From positions 80,578 through 112,577 of the forward strand of contig CAKUFG010000003.1 in the NCBI GenBank assembly GCA_934647235.1: DNA of 32,000 bases, written 5' to 3'. Below are positions 28,482-32,000 of the stretch, one piece after another. Numbering within the stretch: position 1 is the stretch's first letter; each line of letters opens with the position of its first letter. The position numbers and the translations under genes were made by a program. The notes beneath the pieces are model-generated. The model was not told the origin of the DNA and ran no database searches. It saw nothing but the letters and a program-made list of their open reading frames with translations. The stretch comes from an uncultured Clostridia bacterium. Its GTDB lineage: Bacteria > Bacillota > Clostridia > Christensenellales > Aristaeellaceae.

Positions 28482-30749
28482 TCAGCCCTCCATCCGCTTT
28501 TTGCGCATATATTCACTGGGCGACAGTCCGGTATACTGCTTGAATATCTTGCTGAAGTAATGCCCCTGGCTGTATCCCAGCGACTCGGCAATCTCCTGCA
28601 CCTGCGCGTTATCAGCCAGCAGCAGCTCCTTGGCGCGCTCCATGCGGCAGTCGGTCAGATACTGCGTGTAGTTCACGCCCGTAACACGCTTGAACACCTT
28701 GCTCAGATACACTGAGGACAGCCCCAGCTTGTCCGCCGCAGCCGACAGGTTCATGTTGCTGCCGCAATCGTGCTTGAGCATTTCAAGCAGCGCCTGCACA
28801 TAGCCGTTGGTTTCCTGCTTCTCCTGAGCGGCCTCGGTTTCCTCCATGCGGTTGATCAGCGTATGGCAGATGTCCATCACCGCGTCCACACTGTCCATGT
28901 TCAGCGCGCGGGTATACATATCCTGCGGGATATCCTTAAACTGCTCGGGCGCGCCGCAATGCTTGGAAAACGCCTCCATCACCGTGGCCAGGGTGTATAC
29001 CATGCGGTGACGGATATGCAGATAATCCATCTGCTGCATGCTCTCCTTCAGCTCTGTTCGCAGATTTTCAAGGTTCAGCCGCGCCTCCTGCCAGGCCTCC
29101 TGCCGCAGGTTGGTGCTCAACTGGCTGCTCATTTCCCACATACGCAGCCCCACGGAGGATACGTAGTTTTCCACCTGCCGGTCGTACTGCATCTGGCGGC
29201 TGCCGCTGATGCGCTGATAGCGCAGCAGCATGGTGGCGCGCAGCCAGCACTCCTTGACGTCGCGCATATTTTCGCAATATCCGCCGATAGCCAGCAGGCT
29301 GGCGGATTCCATCTTTTGGGTCACACGCTGATGCCAGTCGGCCAACTGGCCGCTGCGCTGATTGAAATCCCCCGGCTCGCAGTGCAAGGCGATCAGCAGC
29401 ATGTTTTCAGCCATCAGCACGCTTTCCAGGCCCAGGCTTTCAAAGCTCTCCCGCAGGGAGTGATGCATCATCTGCAGTTCGCCTGCAGCACGGTTCTTGG
29501 GCAGGCCCTCATCGTTAAACACATCCAGCACCGCCAGCAAAAAGCGCTCGCTGACAGCCGGCTCGTAGCGCATTTCTCCCTCGCGCTGTATGGGCACGCG
29601 CCCCAGGATTGCCCAGTTCCAGTAATGATAGCGCATGGCGGCGCGGCTTTCCTGCATCCACTGGCTCAGGTTTTCCATCTCGGTGCCGCGCAGCAGCAGG
29701 GGCATTTTTTCTATTTTCTCGCTGTCATGGTTCAGCACGGCCTGCGCCGGGTAAATGGCCTGCCGGCCGACATAGAACATCATGCCGATCATAATCGCCG
29801 CCATACACAGCATGACCAGCCCGACCGCCGCCGCCGAGCTGCTGATCTGCCGCTGAAGCTGTTCGGTATTGCAGATCAGGGTCAGGTTGCGATCCTGCGA
29901 GGAAATATAGCGCTTGGCGCAGAGTTTGCCCTGCTTATACTGCAGAAAATCCTCTTTTTCCTGCAAAAAATCCTCCAGTGGACGCTCGCCGGGCAGGTAT
30001 TCCTGATACAGCGCCACCGCCTGCTTGGGATCAAGCAGCTCCCCAGCCTGCCCGGCCAGCAGCACCTGCCCATCCCCCGCCGTCAGGATCGTCACATCAT
30101 CCGCATCCTCCTGGCCATTGAGGATATAGCTTTTATACAGCCTTTCCGCATCCAGGTTAAAGACGATATAAGTTGTCGCCGCGCCGCGGATAATGGGCTT
30201 ATAGATCACGCTGATTACCTGATACGCCTCGGTGGGCGTGGGATAAATGGTGCGCACAGGCAGGGTGGTGCTGCTGCGGGAGGTAGCGTTGAGCTCCTGC
30301 AGCCACATCAGATCGAAGAACTTTTCGATGGTGGAGTCCATGCGCGGATAGGTAATCACCACGTTTTTGGTCGCGTCATAATAATAGATCGAATTGATGA
30401 TATCGCTGCTGTCCTGCGAAGTGCGCAGCAGATCGCGCACAGAGGCCTTGAGGCTGACGTAGGCCGCCGTGCGCTGGATATCGGCATAAGGCGCTTTTTC
30501 GTTTTCCAGGTATGCGCCGTCCAGCACCTTGCTGTATGCCTTGACCTCCTCGGAGGTCATCAGCGATTGATACAGGCGCGTGACGGTCTGATCCATCAGC
30601 GTCAGCGCCGTATCGGCCTGGGCCAGGCGCGCACGGGTGTATTCGGCCTGCTGCTCCCGCAGCATGGTCTGCACATTTTTGATCCACTGTATGCAGATGA
30701 TCCCCGCCGGAACCATCACGCACAGCATCGCCACCGCCAGCAGACGCAT
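28482..30749 (-). CDS. Membrane-anchored AraC-family transcriptional regulator: TM, roughly 280-aa extracytoplasmic sensor-like domain, TM, roughly 320-aa cytoplasmic region, AraC HTH
   Basis: C-terminal double HTH: LSAAADKLGLSSVYLSKVFKRVTGVNYTQYLTDCRMERAKELL...IAESLGYSQGHYFSKIFKQYTGLSPSEYM. Two hydrophobic helices are present: LLAVAMLCVMVPAGIICIQWI and AAAVGLVMLCMAAIMIGMMFYVG. The start is set at the ATG at 30749, because the track start (TTG at 30812) sits at the predicted transcription start of the consensus promoter. The start remains uncertain. Confidence 0.8.
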   Translation of the reverse strand: MRLLAVAMLCVMVPAGIICIQWIKNVQTMLREQQAEYTRARLAQADTALTLMDQTVTRLYQSLMTSEEVKAYSKVLDGAYLENEKAPYADIQRTAAYVSLKASVRDLLRTSQDSSDIINSIYYYDATKNVVITYPRMDSTIEKFFDLMWLQELNATSRSSTTLPVRTIYPTPTEAYQVISVIYKPIIRGAATTYIVFNLDAERLYKSYILNGQEDADDVTILTAGDGQVLLAGQAGELLDPKQAVALYQEYLPGERPLEDFLQEKEDFLQYKQGKLCAKRYISSQDRNLTLICNTEQLQRQISSSAAAVGLVMLCMAAIMIGMMFYVGRQAIYPAQAVLNHDSEKIEKMPLLLRGTEMENLSQWMQESRAAMRYHYWNWAILGRVPIQREGEMRYEPAVSERFLLAVLDVFNDEGLPKNRAAGELQMMHHSLRESFESLGLESVLMAENMLLIALHCEPGDFNQRSGQLADWHQRVTQKMESASLLAIGGYCENMRDVKECWLRATMLLRYQRISGSRQMQYDRQVENYVSSVGLRMWEMSSQLSTNLRQEAWQEARLNLENLRTELKESMQQMDYLHIRHRMVYTLATVMEAFSKHCGAPEQFKDIPQDMYTRALNMDSVDAVMDICHTLINRMEETEAAQEKQETNGYVQALLEMLKHDCGSNMNLSAAADKLGLSSVYLSKVFKRVTGVNYTQYLTDCRMERAKELLLADNAQVQEIAESLGYSQGHYFSKIFKQYTGLSPSEYMRKKRMEG

Positions 30750-30817
30750 GCCAAAGCGGCTTTTTATACTTCTACCTGTCAAAGCGCTACGCTCCCGTAT
30801 AAAATAAATCAAAATTT

Positions 30818-30846
30818 ATTATAAACGGCGGCGCGCCTTCTGTCAA
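30818..30846 (-). promoter_or_regulatory. Perfect-consensus sigma-A promoter of the AraC-type regulator gene
   Basis: Minus strand reads TTGACA (30846-30841), exactly 17 nt of spacer, then TATAAT (30823-30818). Confidence 0.65.
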
Positions 30847-30875
30847 ATGTATGTTTCAGGAAAATCCGGAGGCCA

Positions 30876-30907
30876 GAAAAACCGCCGCAGGCCATAGCCT
30901 GCGGCGG
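30876..30907 (-). terminator. Rho-independent terminator after the malic enzyme gene
   Basis: CCGCCGCAGG (30882-30891), a 6-nt loop, then CCTGCGGCGG (30898-30907). On the minus strand it is followed by TTTTT (A-run at 30876-30880 on the + strand). Confidence 0.8.
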
Positions 30908-30939
30908 TTGTGCGTTTGTTTTACTCAGGAAAGTCCGAA

Positions 30940-32000
30940 TCAGATGCGGGCGACGCCGGTCTTGTGCGCGGCTTCTACAACCGCAGCGGCGACAGCCTTG
31001 GCCACGCTCTTGTCCAGGGCGCTGGCGATGATGTTTTCTTCGTTCAGCTCATCCTCGGGGATCAGGTTGGCCAGGGCGATGGAGGTGGCAACCTTCATTT
31101 CCTCGTTGATGCAGGACGCGCGGCAATCCAGCGCGCCGCGGAAGATGCCGGGGAAGGCCAGCACGTTGTTGATCTGGTTGGGGAAATCGCTGCGGCCCGT
31201 GCCCACGATGCGCGCGCCGGCGGCCTTGGCCTTGTCGGGCATGATTTCGGGGGTGGGGTTGGCCATGGGGAACATGATGGAATCCGCCGCCATGGACTTG
31301 ACCATTTCTTCGGTCACGATGTTGGGGGCGGAAACGCCGATGAACACGTCCGCGCCCTTCATGGCGTCGGCCAGGGTGCCCATCTTGTGCTCCAGGTTGG
31401 TCACTTCGGCGATTTCAGCATGGGCGGAGTTCAGATCGGGCATGCCCTTGCAGATGATGCCGAAACGGTCCACCATCGTCAGGTGCTTTACGCCCAGGTT
31501 CAGCAGGTGCTTGCCGATGGCAATACCGGCGGAGCCCGCGCCGTTGATGACGACCTTCACGTCGCCGATCTGCTTTTTAACCACCTTCAGGGCGTTGATC
31601 AGCGCGGCGGCCACCACGATGGCGGTGCCATGCTGGTCGTCATGGAACACGGGGATATCGCAGATTTCCTTCAGCTTGCGTTCCACCTCGAAGCAGCGGG
31701 GAGCGCTGATATCCTCCAGGTTGATGCCGCCGAAGCTGCCGGAGATCAGGTAGATGGTGCGTACCAGCTCGTCAACATCCTTGCTGCGGATGCAGATGGG
31801 GAACGCATCCACATCGGCAAAGGCCTTGAACAGAGCGCACTTGCCCTCCATAACGGGCATGCCGGCTTCGGGGCCGATATCGCCCAGGCCCAGGATGGCG
31901 GTGCCGTCGGTGATGACGGCCACCAGGTTGTTGCGGCGGGTCAGCTCGTAGCTCTTGTTATAATCGTTATGGATCACCATGCACGCCTCGGCAACGCCGG
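30940..32000 (-). CDS. NAD(P)-dependent malic enzyme (oxaloacetate-decarboxylating malate dehydrogenase), N-terminus outside the window
   Basis: The frame stays open to the window edge (...GVAEACMVIHND...). Motifs VITDGTAILGLGDIG, FHDDQHGTAIV and the Rossmann INGAGSAGIAIG are present. The in-window Met at 31980 is internal. Confidence 0.92.
   Translation of the reverse strand, partial: GVAEACMVIHNDYNKSYELTRRNNLVAVITDGTAILGLGDIGPEAGMPVMEGKCALFKAFADVDAFPICIRSKDVDELVRTIYLISGSFGGINLEDISAPRCFEVERKLKEICDIPVFHDDQHGTAIVVAAALINALKVVKKQIGDVKVVINGAGSAGIAIGKHLLNLGVKHLTMVDRFGIICKGMPDLNSAHAEIAEVTNLEHKMGTLADAMKGADVFIGVSAPNIVTEEMVKSMAADSIMFPMANPTPEIMPDKAKAAGARIVGTGRSDFPNQINNVLAFPGIFRGALDCRASCINEEMKVATSIALANLIPEDELNEENIIASALDKSVAKAVAAAVVEAAHKTGVARI

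Noticed and set aside
28253-28591. 112-aa minus-strand ORF covering the AraC/SBP intergenic region
   Set aside because: It starts out of frame inside the AraC C-terminus and runs through the terminator and promoter region. It has no RBS, and its Cys/Lys-rich translation reflects AT-rich non-coding DNA.
23487-30824. Long + strand ORFs (23487-24737, 24682-25713, 25894-26613, 26544-27827, 28770-30824) across the Lpl-type locus
   Set aside because: They run antisense to genes with clear EAA loops, signal peptides and an AraC HTH. Their composition is low complexity and no RBS is present.

Overview
This is a GC-rich, gene-dense chromosomal segment. Gene content suggests a Gram-positive anaerobe of the Clostridia, possibly Oscillospirales-like. 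That placement is inference from pcrA-ligA, sepF-divIVA, an LplABC-type sugar transporter, a RelP/Q-type alarmone synthetase and strong GGAGG ribosome-binding sites. I can support 22 protein-coding genes, two of them cut by the window edges, in about seven transcription units:

1. The tail of an ECF-type transporter operon (+).
2. A small alarmone synthetase (-), divergent from a TetR regulator (+).
3. An FbpABC-like ABC importer (-) whose fused permease carries a roughly 280-aa N-terminal extension.
4. A tightly coupled pcrA-ligA-mrfA-trmH-deacetylase operon (-).
5. A + strand run: COG2509 flavoprotein, an HlyD-like protein with a P/Q-rich tail, an over-length sepF, divIVA, a ROK kinase and an MscS channel.
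6. A catabolic locus (-): a membrane-anchored AraC-type regulator, an LplABC-type binding protein plus two permeases, a TIM-barrel isomerase/epimerase-like enzyme and a cytoplasmic glycerophosphodiesterase.
7. The 3' part of a malic enzyme gene (-).

I saw no rRNA, tRNA, CRISPR array, transposase, integrase, phage gene or recognisable defence gene, so I cannot point to a clear-cut new system. The most unusual items are the orphan HlyD-like/SepF/DivIVA cluster with matching P/Q-rich disordered regions, the membrane-anchored AraC-output protein with no kinase or receiver domain, and the extended ABC permease. Many long ORFs in the six-frame track are antisense artefacts of the high GC content. 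All coordinates for hairpins and promoters were hand-indexed from the printed sequence. No database search, covariance model or structure prediction was run.
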